64,000 nucleotides of DNA from Lysinibacillus sp. (GTDB taxonomy: Bacteria; Bacillota; Bacilli; Bacillales_A; Planococcaceae). The position numbers were made by a program, and so were the translations under genes. The DNA is taken from contig DAMBVB010000004.1 in NCBI GenBank assembly GCA_032053185.1, forward strand, positions 77,900-141,899, given 5' to 3'. The first letter of the stretch is position 1; every line of letters begins with the position of its first letter. The notes under the pieces were generated by a model. That model had not been told where the DNA came from, made no database searches, and saw nothing but the letters and a program-made list of their open reading frames with translations. Shown here one piece after another: positions 50,933 to 60,289 of this stretch.

Positions 50933-51961
50933 TCACCATCGATAAGGCGTCATCCCGCCTGGGAAATAGTGCGGTGACATCCATGGTCCTACTGACGAAT
51001 ACGGCATATGGCAATGTGATGGACACGGTGGTGGGCATGGCGGCGGACATGGTGGCGGACTGCAACATGTATCCATTTGCCAATTTGGCATCATGACTGG
51101 TTGTGCATGACAACCACAGAGCTGTTCCATTTCTGGCATAGGCTGAAATTCTGGTTTCATAGGGAAGAATGGAGATGTACTAGATTCTAAGAAATCCTCC
51201 ACCCCAGCAACTTTTTCGCATTCCATTTCACATGACGGTTGCTCTGGCATTGTATACGCCTCAACTTGCGGTTCCATTGGCATTGGCATCGGCCAATACA
51301 TATGATGATGCACTGGCTGATGGCAGCTTGCACAATGTGGTACTGCTGGCATTTGTGGCATGATAAAAATCGGTTGCGGCATTGGTGCTGGCGGTGGTGC
51401 CTCCGGTTGGGCTACATGCTGTGGCGGTGGTTGAATTTGAATTGGAGATACAGTTTGCTCTACATTTGGCATGACAACTTGTTGATTCCAGCTAAGCTCA
51501 ACAGGAACTTGGGGCATCGGCATTGGCATTGGATAAGGGATTGGAATCATATGTGGTTCTGGCATTGGTGGTGGTGGTACAATAATTGGTGGTGGCATAG
51601 GTCTTTGAACCTCTTTTTCTTTAACGTGCTTGGTAGGTGACTCCTTGTGCATATGTTCTTTATGCATGTGTTCTTTATGCATATGTTCTTTATGCATATG
51701 TTCTTTGTGCATGTGTTCCTTATGTCCCTCTTTATGTGATTCCCTATGTCCTTCTCTATGCATTCCCCAATCTGTTTCTCGATGATGTTCCCTATGTGGG
51801 TCTTTGTGTATTTTTTCAGGTAGGATAATTTCCATGCCCGGTACAATATAATCTGGGTTAGCGAGATGGGCATTAAGCCGCTTTAAATCTTCAAACGAAA
51901 CTCCATACTCTTTCGCAATCTTCCACAATGTGTCTCCCTTTTGGACAATATGAATACGCAA
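50933..51961 (-). CDS. safA: SafA-like spore coat morphogenetic protein: LysM domain plus His-rich, Pro/Met-rich and Cys-Pro-repeat regions
   Basis: LRIHIVQKGDTLWKIAKEYGVSFEDLKRLNAHLANPDYIVPGMEIILP is a LysM domain like the B. subtilis SafA N-terminus. The probable start is TTG 51961, 6 nt after GAAGGGAGG; the ORF-track ATG 51991 lacks an RBS. Confidence 0.8.
   Translation of the reverse strand: MRIHIVQKGDTLWKIAKEYGVSFEDLKRLNAHLANPDYIVPGMEIILPEKIHKDPHREHHRETDWGMHREGHRESHKEGHKEHMHKEHMHKEHMHKEHMHKEHMHKESPTKHVKEKEVQRPMPPPIIVPPPPMPEPHMIPIPYPMPMPMPQVPVELSWNQQVVMPNVEQTVSPIQIQPPPQHVAQPEAPPPAPMPQPIFIMPQMPAVPHCASCHQPVHHHMYWPMPMPMEPQVEAYTMPEQPSCEMECEKVAGVEDFLESSTSPFFPMKPEFQPMPEMEQLCGCHAQPVMMPNWQMDTCCSPPPCPPPCPPPCPSHCHMPYSSVGPWMSPHYFPGGMTPYRW
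51647..51721. repeat. In-frame 15-bp tandem repeat (5 units) inside safA encoding (HKEHM)n
   Basis: GTGCATATGTTCTTT / ATGCATGTGTTCTTT / ATGCATATGTTCTTT x2 / GTGCATGTGTTCCTT. Confidence 0.95.
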
Positions 51962-52103
51962 TTTTTTCCTCCCTTCCTCTCTTCGTATCATATGTTCAAT
52001 GTTTCATTTGGATACAAAAATTTCACGCATGTTGGAAATGCTTCATGGTACACTAGTTTTTAAGGAAAACTGCTTCCTTTATTACAGGCAGAGGTGATCT
52101 CTT

Positions 52104-52637
52104 ATGAAAAAAATGTTAGGCGAAGAACGCCGACTGCAACTCCTAGAGCAGCTTAAAAAAAGCACAGCACCTATAACAGGGACGGACCTAGCTAAATTTG
52201 CTAATGTTTCCAGACAAGTTATTGTCAATGATATGACATTATTAAAGGCTAGAAACGAACCTATTATTGCAACGAGCCAAGGATATCTTTATATGCATCA
52301 GGAACAATTACATCAAACTGTTGAACGTACAATTCCTTGCTTCCACACTGCAGAAAATGCAGAAGACGAACTGATAACAATAGTTGATTGCGGTGGTACA
52401 GTAAAAAATGTTATTGTTGAACACCCAATTTATGGGGAAATTACCGCATCCATTATGGCTTCTAACCGCCATGAGGTAAAAAAATTTATTCAGCGTGTCA
52501 ACGAAACACAGGCAAGTTATTTATCCGAACTAACAGGTGGTACACATCTTCATGTTATTTCTGCTCCTTCTGTTGAAACTTTAGATTTAATTGAACTTAC
52601 TTTACAAAAAAAGGGCTATTTAGTTGTAGATCAATAA
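52104..52637 (+). CDS. niaR: NAD biosynthesis transcriptional repressor NiaR (YrxA, HTH + 3H domain)
   Basis: 177 aa with an HTH (PITGTDLAKFANVSRQVIVNDM) and a 3H domain with conserved His residues (VEHPIYGE...GGTHLHVI). Confidence 0.85.
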   Translation: MKKMLGEERRLQLLEQLKKSTAPITGTDLAKFANVSRQVIVNDMTLLKARNEPIIATSQGYLYMHQEQLHQTVERTIPCFHTAENAEDELITIVDCGGTVKNVIVEHPIYGEITASIMASNRHEVKKFIQRVNETQASYLSELTGGTHLHVISAPSVETLDLIELTLQKKGYLVVDQ

Positions 52638-52675
52638 TTGCACACACTTTGCTTCAATAACGTGGAAAATCAATA

Positions 52676-52709
52676 GCTGCTAGCCTTCGCGGAATCTAGC
52701 AGCTTTTTG
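52676..52709 (+). terminator. Intrinsic terminator after niaR
   Basis: GCTGCTAG-loop-CTAGCAGC followed by TTTTTG. Confidence 0.8.
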
Positions 52710-52815
52710 TTCGTAATTTAAAGATTTAAGATCCTTTAAACATTTCTTACGTCACTATCATAGGCGTATCTAAAAATATATAAATTATTCTTTAAATAAG
52801 GTTGACTAATCGTAA

Positions 52816-52955
52816 GAAAGCTGGGACAAAAGGAAAAGTATCTCGGTCTACCCTTTTTTGATCAGGAAGAAACACTCAACTCAGTGTGAGGCGAAAAAGT
52901 TATTCACTATTTTCGCTCTTTTTCAACATATTCGAGTTCTGTCCCAGCCTCTTCC
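52816..52955. repeat. Inverted repeats (GAAAGCTGGGACAAAAGG / GAGTTCTGTCCCAGCCTCTTCC) bracketing about 100 bp
   Basis: GCTGGGACA(A/G)AA is present on both arms in inverted orientation, between the niaR terminator and the DCC gene stop. Confidence 0.6.
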
Positions 52956-52958
52956 TAG

Positions 52959-53348
52959 TTAGAGAAACCTTTTTCTTTGTGAACGTGTTGGCAATAAACA
53001 ACTTTCTTTTCGTCCAAAAAGACGATATCTATTTTTAGCAAATAATCGATACATTTTATTTCGTATAATTGGAGGAATCATGATAAAAATATAACAAACA
53101 GGCCAAAAACTATCTAATCTTCTACAGATTTTAAGTGCTGCTGTGGATTCAAAATATACCTTTCCATGCTCAATTAATATGACACTATCCATATTGTCTG
53201 GTACTTCGTATTGTGCAAGCAATGCCTGCCCAGCATCACTTTGCATGGGCGCAAATTGAAAATACGCTACCTGATCATATTTGATTATAAATTTCACACT
53301 ACTATCACAAAAATTGCACACTCCGTCAAATATAATCATTCCACCCAC
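52959..53348 (-). CDS. Thiol-disulfide oxidoreductase DCC family (DUF393)
   Basis: 129 aa with the FDGVCNFCDSSVKFI motif. GTG start behind AGGAGG. Confidence 0.8.
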   Translation of the reverse strand: MGGMIIFDGVCNFCDSSVKFIIKYDQVAYFQFAPMQSDAGQALLAQYEVPDNMDSVILIEHGKVYFESTAALKICRRLDSFWPVCYIFIMIPPIIRNKMYRLFAKNRYRLFGRKESCLLPTRSQRKRFL

Positions 53349-53372
53349 AATGATTCCTCCTAGCCACTTTAA

Positions 53373-54248
53373 TTACTCGTCCGATGTTAGATAAGTAAAA
53401 TATGTACCAAGCGATTTCACCTTGCAACCAAGTGCAGCTAATTCTTCCATAGCCCCACGCATCATAGGCTCCTTTTCATCTGCTAATACATCAACCATAA
53501 AGAAATAATCACCTAAGCCTGTTTTTAATGGTCTTGATTCGATTTTACTTAAATTTAGTTGTCGCCATGCAAATACTGATAATACTTGATGTAATGCCCC
53601 TGAACGGTCCGTTGGCAATGTAATCATGAATGTTGTCTTCGCCTGTCCATCCGATAATTCTTGTGGCAATCGTCTATTTTGCTTAGACAATACGAAGAAG
53701 CGTGTATGGTTAAAATGAAAATCATGAATATCTGGTTGAACGATTTCTAAGCCATATTTAGCGGCTGCCACTGCATTGCCAACTGCCGCAATGCAGTCGT
53801 TTGGATTTTCGGATACAAATTTTGCTGCGGCTGCTGTAGATGTCGCTTGATGTAACGGAACATGACTGAAACGATAAAATAAGTATTTATGACATTGGGC
53901 TAGCGCATGTGGATGTGAATAAACACCGGTAATCGATTCCCAATTGTCCTTTTGCGCTTTATTGACCATTAAATGCTGCTGTATTTTTAATAGAAGCTCA
54001 CCTGTAACATATAGGGTCGCCTCATGGAATAAATAATCGAGCGTTAGCGATACAGAGCCTTCCAAAGCATTTTCTAGTGGTACAACTGCTAAATCCACCT
54101 TCCCCTCAGCTACTGCCTCAATACATTCTGGAATTGTAGAACAAGGGACAAGCCACTCATTCGGAAAGGTTGCCTTTGTTGCTAAGTATGTAAATGAAGC
54201 CTCTGGTCCTAAATAGCCAATTCGTTTTTCCCATTGTTGCTCTGTCAT
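53373..54248 (-). CDS. pheA: Prephenate dehydratase
   Basis: 291 aa with a PDT domain (IGYLGPEASFTY) and a C-terminal ACT domain with ESRP (SKIESRPLK). Confidence 0.9.
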   Translation of the reverse strand: MTEQQWEKRIGYLGPEASFTYLATKATFPNEWLVPCSTIPECIEAVAEGKVDLAVVPLENALEGSVSLTLDYLFHEATLYVTGELLLKIQQHLMVNKAQKDNWESITGVYSHPHALAQCHKYLFYRFSHVPLHQATSTAAAAKFVSENPNDCIAAVGNAVAAAKYGLEIVQPDIHDFHFNHTRFFVLSKQNRRLPQELSDGQAKTTFMITLPTDRSGALHQVLSVFAWRQLNLSKIESRPLKTGLGDYFFMVDVLADEKEPMMRGAMEELAALGCKVKSLGTYFTYLTSDE

Positions 54249-54265
54249 TACATGTACCTCCTGTT

Positions 54266-54339
54266 TAAGGTTTGATTTTATTGGTGGGGTTGATTTCTGT
54301 TCCGAGCGGGCGCTTTCCTAGGGCGTCCGATGAGCCATT
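54266..54339 (+). repeat. Half type A element (one arm plus the CGTCCGATGAGCC module) in the pheB-pheA spacer
   Basis: GGGGTTGATTTCTGTTCCGAGCGGGCGCTTTCCTAGGGCGTCCGATGAGCCATTC. No second arm follows. Confidence 0.8.
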
Positions 54340-54590
54340 CAAATTTTTATTAATGTAAAAATTTAGAATTTTTAGTTTCTGAAAACTTCTTTTAAAATTA
54401 TACATCAAATGTAGGGAAGGCATAATATGAAGCTTCCTAACGACTCTTTATGACGTTCTATCCATTACTTTTCTTTCTATGAATATTCTCTTTTGTTATA
54501 GAATAAGGAGCTGTCCCATGAAGCGATATCATCACACCACATGGGACTGCTCCTTTTGAGCTTATTGATATTCAAGCTTACTTTCCGTCA

Positions 54591-55046
54591 TTACAATGCA
54601 CCAGAACTAATTACTTCCGCTGACTCTACAAAATCTAAACGTTTGAGTTGCTGTATTAAATCATCAAGTTCACATGTCATACTAGTTACATCTAATGACA
54701 ATGTAACATTAGCACGTCCTTGAATCGGTATTGTTTGATGGATAGTTAGTACATTGCAATGCGTATTTGTCACTGTTTCTAAAAGCTTTGCAAGTGTTCC
54801 TTTACGGTCCTGAAGCTGTAAAAAGACTGTTAAAATGCGTTCCTGCACAATTGAGTGAAAAGGAAATACAGCATCACGATATTTGTAAAACGCACTACGC
54901 GATAAATCCACCTGCTTTACCGCATCCCAAATGGAAGATACCGAACCACTGGAAAGTAAATGTTTCGCCTCCAAAGTTTTTTGCATAGCATCCGTTAAAA
55001 CATCTTCACGAACTAAATAATATCGCTGATTCGCAACATTCTTCAT
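54591..55046 (-). CDS. pheB: ACT-domain protein PheB
   Basis: 151 aa, positioned between obg and pheA as in B. subtilis. ACT domain in the C-terminal half. Confidence 0.8.
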   Translation of the reverse strand: MKNVANQRYYLVREDVLTDAMQKTLEAKHLLSSGSVSSIWDAVKQVDLSRSAFYKYRDAVFPFHSIVQERILTVFLQLQDRKGTLAKLLETVTNTHCNVLTIHQTIPIQGRANVTLSLDVTSMTCELDDLIQQLKRLDFVESAEVISSGAL

Positions 55047-55070
55047 ACGCTTCCCCCTAAAACTCTTGTC

Positions 55071-56360
55071 TTAATCGACAAATTCAAATTCAAACTCTTG
55101 CAGACGAACTGTATCACCATCTTGCGCTCCACGTTCGCGTAGTGCTTCATCCACACCCATTGCACGTAATTGACGAGCGAAACGGCGAATACCATCTTCA
55201 CGGCTAAAGTCCGTCATTTTGAATAGGCGTTCAATTGCGTAACCGCTAATGATAAATGTACCATCATCATCACGCGTAATTTCGAAATCTTCACCTTTTG
55301 CTTCGTGTTTATACATTACCGTTGCGTCTGATTGCTCTTCTAAATCATCATATAGCGGGAATTCAGGCGTTACTTCAAGTAAATCTGCAATTGCAAATAG
55401 TAACTCTTTTAAACCTTGACGTGAAATAGCGGAAATCGGGAAAATTTGAACGTCTACTTCCACTTTTTTGCGGAATTCCTCTAAGTTTTCTTCAGCATCT
55501 GGCATATCCATTTTGTTGGCAACAATAATTTGTGGACGCTCTGTTAAACGAAGATTATATTGCTTTAGCTCTTCATTTATCGTCAAATAATCTTCGTACG
55601 GATCACGGCCTTCCATTCCTGACATATCAATAACATGGACAATAACACGTGTACGTTCAATATGTCGTAAAAACTGATGACCTAAGCCTACCCCTTGGTG
55701 TGCGCCTTCAATAAGACCAGGTAAATCAGCCATCGCGAAGCTTCGATGATCATCTGTTTCAATCATCCCTAAATTTGGAACAATTGTTGTAAAATGATAT
55801 GCACCAATTTTTGGCTTCGCAGCAGAAACAACCGATAAAAGCGTTGATTTACCAACACTTGGGAAACCTACTAGTCCCACATCTGCTAAAACTTTTAACT
55901 CTAATATAACATTTAATTCTTGTCCCGGCTCACCTTTTTCAGAAAGTTCTGGTGCTGGATTTGCCGGTGTTGCGAAGCGAGAATTTCCTCGTCCACCTCG
56001 GCCAGCTTTTGCGATAATCGCTTGTTGACCGTGCTCGACTAAATCGGCAATAACAGCGCCTGTTTCTTCATTCATTACGACTGTGCCTGGTGGTACTTTA
56101 ACGATTAAATCGTCTGCACGTTTACCATGCATTCCTTTACTCATACCATGCTCACCACGGTCAGCCTTAAAATGGCGTTTATAGCGGAAATCCATCAATG
56201 TTCGTAAGCCCTCTTCAACTTCAAACACTACGTTACCACCATGTCCACCGTCACCACCAGCCGGACCACCATTCGGTACATATTTTTCTCGGCGGAAGGC
56301 AACCATTCCGTCCCCGCCGTCGCCACCTTTTACATAAACCTTAACGTGATCGACAAACAT
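55071..56360 (-). CDS. obg: GTPase Obg/CgtA
   Basis: 429 aa with [40 protein letters not shown] and a C-terminal OCT domain. Confidence 0.95.
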   Translation of the reverse strand: MFVDHVKVYVKGGDGGDGMVAFRREKYVPNGGPAGGDGGHGGNVVFEVEEGLRTLMDFRYKRHFKADRGEHGMSKGMHGKRADDLIVKVPPGTVVMNEETGAVIADLVEHGQQAIIAKAGRGGRGNSRFATPANPAPELSEKGEPGQELNVILELKVLADVGLVGFPSVGKSTLLSVVSAAKPKIGAYHFTTIVPNLGMIETDDHRSFAMADLPGLIEGAHQGVGLGHQFLRHIERTRVIVHVIDMSGMEGRDPYEDYLTINEELKQYNLRLTERPQIIVANKMDMPDAEENLEEFRKKVEVDVQIFPISAISRQGLKELLFAIADLLEVTPEFPLYDDLEEQSDATVMYKHEAKGEDFEITRDDDGTFIISGYAIERLFKMTDFSREDGIRRFARQLRAMGVDEALRERGAQDGDTVRLQEFEFEFVD

Positions 56361-56365
56361 TTAGT

Positions 56366-56893
56366 TCACTCCCTATTTGCTTTCAATACATATTGCCAGC
56401 ACGAATTCGTCTGTTCAATTGTTTGAATGTCTAATTGTTTCAAACCTTTTTCGGTGAATGCATCAGCACTCCATAGCCCATTTAGCGTGAATGTCACGGC
56501 AAATGTATGATCGTCAACACGTACATCGAGCGCTAAGCTCTGCTCTGTAAATGGATCTAATGTATCATAAACATGCATAACTGTTTTGTTTAAATAGTCT
56601 ACAACATCTGAATCAATCGTATTTGTGACAGGCTTTTTTATCTCACCGCTTAGCTTCATTGGTAATGAAGGATAGCGCCAGGCCCCTGTTTGTAGCCATT
56701 CTATTGTTCGTGGTAATTGTAGACGATTAAGGATAGAAAGTACTTGTAATTGCTCTGAATACTCTTGAATAAGTTTTTTTGATTCATCAATTCTACCTAA
56801 ATCTAAATTCATGCGAATAAGCTGAAGCTGATTCACATAATCATGATTTGCAAAACGTAATACTTCACTAATGGTTAGTGATTGATTGTTCAT
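56366..56893 (-). CDS. spo0B: Sporulation initiation phosphotransferase B
   Basis: Internal start MNNQSLTISEVLRFANHDYVNQLQLI (phospho-His helix) behind GGAGTG. Directly upstream of obg. Confidence 0.75.
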   Translation of the reverse strand: MNNQSLTISEVLRFANHDYVNQLQLIRMNLDLGRIDESKKLIQEYSEQLQVLSILNRLQLPRTIEWLQTGAWRYPSLPMKLSGEIKKPVTNTIDSDVVDYLNKTVMHVYDTLDPFTEQSLALDVRVDDHTFAVTFTLNGLWSADAFTEKGLKQLDIQTIEQTNSCWQYVLKANRE

Positions 56894-56962
56894 CCCATTC
56901 ACTCCAATAAAGTTATCCTTACTAGTATAACAAGTTTTGCTGTATTTTTCCCTTAATTCTTC

Positions 56963-57065
56963 AATCAATTATGCCTCGGCATGATTGTAGCTGACGCTAC
57001 AGAAAATAATTGTAGCTGACGCTTCGCTTTCGCTACAGAAAATAATTGCTGAAAGAAGTTATAAT
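56963..57065 (+). repeat. Mosaic repeat type B copy between the rpmA terminator and spo0B
   Basis: CAATCAATTATGCCTCGGCATGATTG, then 2 x TAGCTGACGC(TTCGCTTTCGC)TACAGAAAATAATTG, then CTGAAAGAAGTTATAAT. Confidence 0.85.
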
Positions 57066-57071
57066 TTAGCC

Positions 57072-57100
57072 AAAAAAAGGACTGCAATAAATGCAGTCCT
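57072..57100 (-). terminator. Intrinsic terminator after rpmA
   Basis: Minus strand: AGGACTGCA-TTTAT-TGCAGTCCT followed by TTTTTTT. Confidence 0.8.
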
Positions 57101-57126
57101 CCGCTTTATATTATCTTTTTTAAAGA

Positions 57127-57426
57127 TTAAGCTTCTTGTGTTTCTGGGTATACAGATACTTGTTTGCGATCGCGACCTAAACGTTCGAATTTTACAACGC
57201 CGTCAATTTTAGCAAATAGTGTATCGTCACCACCACGACCTACGTTTGTACCTGGGTAAATTTTTGTACCGCGTTGACGGTAAAGAATTGAACCACCAGT
57301 TACGAATTGGCCATCAGCACGTTTAGCACCAAGTCGTTTTGACTCAGAGTCACGTCCGTTTTTAGTAGAACCTACACCTTTTTTAGATGCGAAAAGTTGA
57401 AGGTCTAATGCTAATAATAATTTCAT
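57127..57426 (-). CDS. rpmA: 50S ribosomal protein L27 with cleavable N-terminal extension
   Basis: [28 protein letters not shown]; the LQLFA-SKKG Prp cleavage context is present. Confidence 0.95.
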   Translation of the reverse strand: MKLLLALDLQLFASKKGVGSTKNGRDSESKRLGAKRADGQFVTGGSILYRQRGTKIYPGTNVGRGGDDTLFAKIDGVVKFERLGRDRKQVSVYPETQEA

Positions 57427-57779
57427 CGTGTTCCACCTCCTACTTGGTTGTAGTTGATTTGGATGTATTGTCCGTAATTTTGCACCATTGAATACACTTG
57501 GGCAGTCATTACTTGGACAATTAACTGTAGTTTTGCATCAATCTCAGGCTCTACATCTGATGGTAAATCTACCTTAAGATAGCCTCCACCTTCAGCAGCT
57601 TGTTCGACTTCTGGCTGTAATTGTAATAGTGCATAAATAGCATTCACCGTACCTATGGCAATGGTAGATGCTCCTGCACATACTAAATCCTTACCAGATT
57701 CATCGTATTCAGCATGTCCTGAAAATTCGAATGCTGACACATGTCTATTTTCATCGTGATGAATCGTAACTTGTATCAT
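57423..57779 (-). CDS. prp: Ribosomal-processing cysteine protease Prp (YsxB)
   Basis: 118 aa, between rplU and rpmA. Contains SGHAEY...VCAGAS (His/Cys dyad). Confidence 0.9.
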   Translation of the reverse strand: MIQVTIHHDENRHVSAFEFSGHAEYDESGKDLVCAGASTIAIGTVNAIYALLQLQPEVEQAAEGGGYLKVDLPSDVEPEIDAKLQLIVQVMTAQVYSMVQNYGQYIQINYNQVGGGTR

Positions 57780-57797
57780 TCGCTACACACCTCACAA

Positions 57798-58106
57798 TTA
57801 AGCGTTGATAGTTTCAACAACTAATTTTGTGTAAGGTTGACGGTGACCTTGTTTACGACGGTAGTTCTTTTTAGCTTTCAATTTGAAAACAACAATTTTT
57901 TTCGCACGGCCTTCTTTCACAACTTTAGCTGTTACAGTAGCACCTTCTACGAATGGAGCACCAACTTTAACGTTTTCGCCACCAACGAATAATACTTTAT
58001 CAAAAGTTACAACCTCGTCAGCTTCTACGCCTAATTTTTCAACATAGATTTCTTGACCAGCTTCTACTTTGATTTGTTTACCACCAGTTTCAATAATTGC
58101 GTACAT
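57798..58106 (-). CDS. rplU: 50S ribosomal protein L21
   Basis: 102 aa starting [14 protein letters not shown]. Confidence 0.95.
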   Translation of the reverse strand: MYAIIETGGKQIKVEAGQEIYVEKLGVEADEVVTFDKVLFVGGENVKVGAPFVEGATVTAKVVKEGRAKKIVVFKLKAKKNYRRKQGHRQPYTKLVVETINA

Positions 58107-58240
58107 TTTACTGCACCTCCTCTTAGACTCAGACTCGCCTGTTTATAAAGGTGATCCTACGATACTTAAACCTTTCCAGTGCGGTTGTAGTAGCACAGGT
58201 GCTACAAACAATAACATTAAAATATTACCACACGATTTTT
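58107..58240 (-). promoter_or_regulatory. Probable L21 ribosomal-protein leader upstream of rplU
   Basis: This 134-nt structured untranslated region lies between the spoIVFB stop and rplU, where Bacilli carry the L21 leader. I have not verified the motif base by base. Confidence 0.35.
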
Positions 58241-58241
58241 C

Positions 58242-58853
58242 TCAAGTCAATCTATTCATTACATATTTCTCAAATGCTAAACGATATTTTCGATAATTCC
58301 ACTCTTTTAACACTTGAAGCCATATAAATAAACATAAAATTGCGATAAAAATAGATTGTGGGAGGTACCATAAAGTTATCATGAATAGTGTAAAGGCAAT
58401 TATAAGAGAAAGCCAGTAGTAATATTCAAACGCACGAACTCTTGGATAGAATAAAAATAAACACGCTAAAAATACTCTTCCACCGTCGAGCGGAATAATC
58501 GGTAACATATTAATCGCTAATAACACTAGTTGCACATGAATAAGCTTAATTGCAAGCAGCTCTGGCATAAAAAAAGCGAGGCCAATCCCTAATATTGTAG
58601 CGATTGGTCCCCCTAAGGCAATCCAAAGGAGTGACGTTGCAGGCACAACCGCTGGATTTTCAAATTCTATTTCCCCCCCGTAAGGTGTAATAACACATGA
58701 TTTCACCTTAACACCACAAAGCATTGCAATTAACAAATGACCCGCCTCATGCCATAATAACGAAGATAAAATAATGGCGTAATAAGCAATTTGGCCAGTA
58801 AAAATCATTAAAAATACGAGAGGGATGCATAGAAGATGTAGTTTAATTTTCAT
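58242..58853 (-). CDS. spoIVFB: SpoIVFB-like site-2 metalloprotease (membrane domain only; no CBS domain)
   Basis: HEAGHLL (HExxH) and NMLPIIPLDGGRV (NPDG-type) motifs. The start MKIKLHLL overlaps the spoIVFA end. The ORF stops 135 nt before rplU. Confidence 0.8.
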   Translation of the reverse strand: MKIKLHLLCIPLVFLMIFTGQIAYYAIILSSLLWHEAGHLLIAMLCGVKVKSCVITPYGGEIEFENPAVVPATSLLWIALGGPIATILGIGLAFFMPELLAIKLIHVQLVLLAINMLPIIPLDGGRVFLACLFLFYPRVRAFEYYYWLSLIIAFTLFMITLWYLPQSIFIAILCLFIWLQVLKEWNYRKYRLAFEKYVMNRLT

Positions 58854-59397
58854 TGGACGCCGCTGTTTCAAGCCACTGTACAATCTGCTCTAAACCATAT
58901 TGTGTCTTATCTTTTTCAATCGAAATATAGAGTTGTCCCGCCTCTTTCATGCCGAGTAAATCGTTTGTCTGCACCGTTGAATATGGCAGTTGTGCTAAAC
59001 TATCCAGCATACCATAGGATACTGTTGTACCATCATCATAGCTGATCGTCATTGTTTTACCAGTATATTTTGTATGACCGGTAAAAACGACAAGACCATT
59101 CTTTCCAGCATAAACCGGTAGGCCCATGTCATATTGCAATAAAAAACCTTCCTTAAAAACTTGCGCATTGGCAAATGATAATAGTTCAGTTTGCCCAACA
59201 TCACTCGATACCAAAATCGTTGTATCCTCTTTATTTAGCCAGCTTTGTCCGAGCTCACTTAAATAGGTTAAATCTGCTGATGTTGTAACAAGTTTTCGCA
59301 CCGGTGTTACCAATACACCTTGATCCTCTAAACGTATTACGAGCATAATTGCAGTCACAAGCAATATTGTGACCAACCATTTCCACTTTTTAAACAA
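58843..59397 (-). CDS. spoIVFA: SpoIVFA-like membrane protein (degenerate LytM/M23 domain)
   Basis: 184 aa with an N-terminal TM segment, a C-terminal beta-rich domain (GLVVFTGHTKYTGKTMTISYDDG), and a position upstream of spoIVFB. Confidence 0.65.
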   Translation of the reverse strand: MFKKWKWLVTILLVTAIMLVIRLEDQGVLVTPVRKLVTTSADLTYLSELGQSWLNKEDTTILVSSDVGQTELLSFANAQVFKEGFLLQYDMGLPVYAGKNGLVVFTGHTKYTGKTMTISYDDGTTVSYGMLDSLAQLPYSTVQTNDLLGMKEAGQLYISIEKDKTQYGLEQIVQWLETAASNEN

Positions 59398-59490
59398 GCC
59401 CTCATCCTTTTTTCACACTATATGAGATGGCATGTCCATTCATGCACAAGAAAAAAACCTTCTCGCACAAATGCACGACAAGGCTAATGA

Positions 59491-60288
59491 TTATCTAGAA
59501 AATAACGCTTTTAGTTTTGAAAACACACCTCTATGTTCATCTTCAATGGCCATTAGCGGCACAGACTCGCCGAGTATGCGACGTGCAATATTACGATAGC
59601 CTAGAGATGCTTTATTAGTCGGGTCCATTACAACTGGTTCACCTTTATTGGATGATGAAATAACCCCCTCATTATCTACAATAATCCCTAATAAATCGAT
59701 AGATAAATGTGTCGTAATTTCATTAACATCCAACGTATCACCACTTTTCATCATATGCTGGCGAATGCGGTTAATAATTAATTTAGGTGCAGTAATTTCT
59801 TCCTGTTCAAGCAAGCCAATAATTCGATCTGCATCACGCACAGCAGAGATTTCTGGCGTTGTTACAACAATTGCATGATCTGCACCAGCAACAGCATTAC
59901 GATAGCCTTGTTCAATGCCCGCTGGACAGTCTATTAAAACATAATCATAATCTCTTTTTAATTCTTCTATTAGGCTCTTCATCTGCTCAGGTTTTACAGC
60001 ATTTTTATCTGTCGTTTGAGCAGCAGGTAATAAAAATAGTTTCTCATCTACACGTTTATCTTTTATTAACGCTTGATGAATCTTACAGCGCCCTTCAACA
60101 ACGTCTACTAAATCGTAAATAATCCGATTCTCAAGACCTAAAATTACGTCCAAATTACGTAGTCCAATATCAGTATCTACTAAACATACTTTTTTACCTT
60201 GTAGAGCCAATGCAGTCCCAAGGTTAGCCGTTGTCGTTGTTTTTCCGACACCGCCTTTACCTGAAGTTATGACGATCGCTTCTCCCAC
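59491..60288 (-). CDS. minD: Septum site-determining ATPase MinD
   Basis: GTG start at 60288 behind GGAGGTAG, one nt after the minC stop. The deviant Walker A is SGKGGVGKTT. Confidence 0.95.
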   Translation of the reverse strand: MGEAIVITSGKGGVGKTTTTANLGTALALQGKKVCLVDTDIGLRNLDVILGLENRIIYDLVDVVEGRCKIHQALIKDKRVDEKLFLLPAAQTTDKNAVKPEQMKSLIEELKRDYDYVLIDCPAGIEQGYRNAVAGADHAIVVTTPEISAVRDADRIIGLLEQEEITAPKLIINRIRQHMMKSGDTLDVNEITTHLSIDLLGIIVDNEGVISSSNKGEPVVMDPTNKASLGYRNIARRILGESVPLMAIEDEHRGVFSKLKALFSR

Positions 60289-60289
60289 A

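Noticed and set aside
51239-51873. W/H-rich (51239..51640 +) and Cys/Ile/Lys-rich (51547..51873 -) ORFs overlapping safA.
   Set aside because: These are alternative-frame read-throughs of the His/Pro/Met repeat region. The LysM-containing frame is the only one with a recognisable domain and an RBS.
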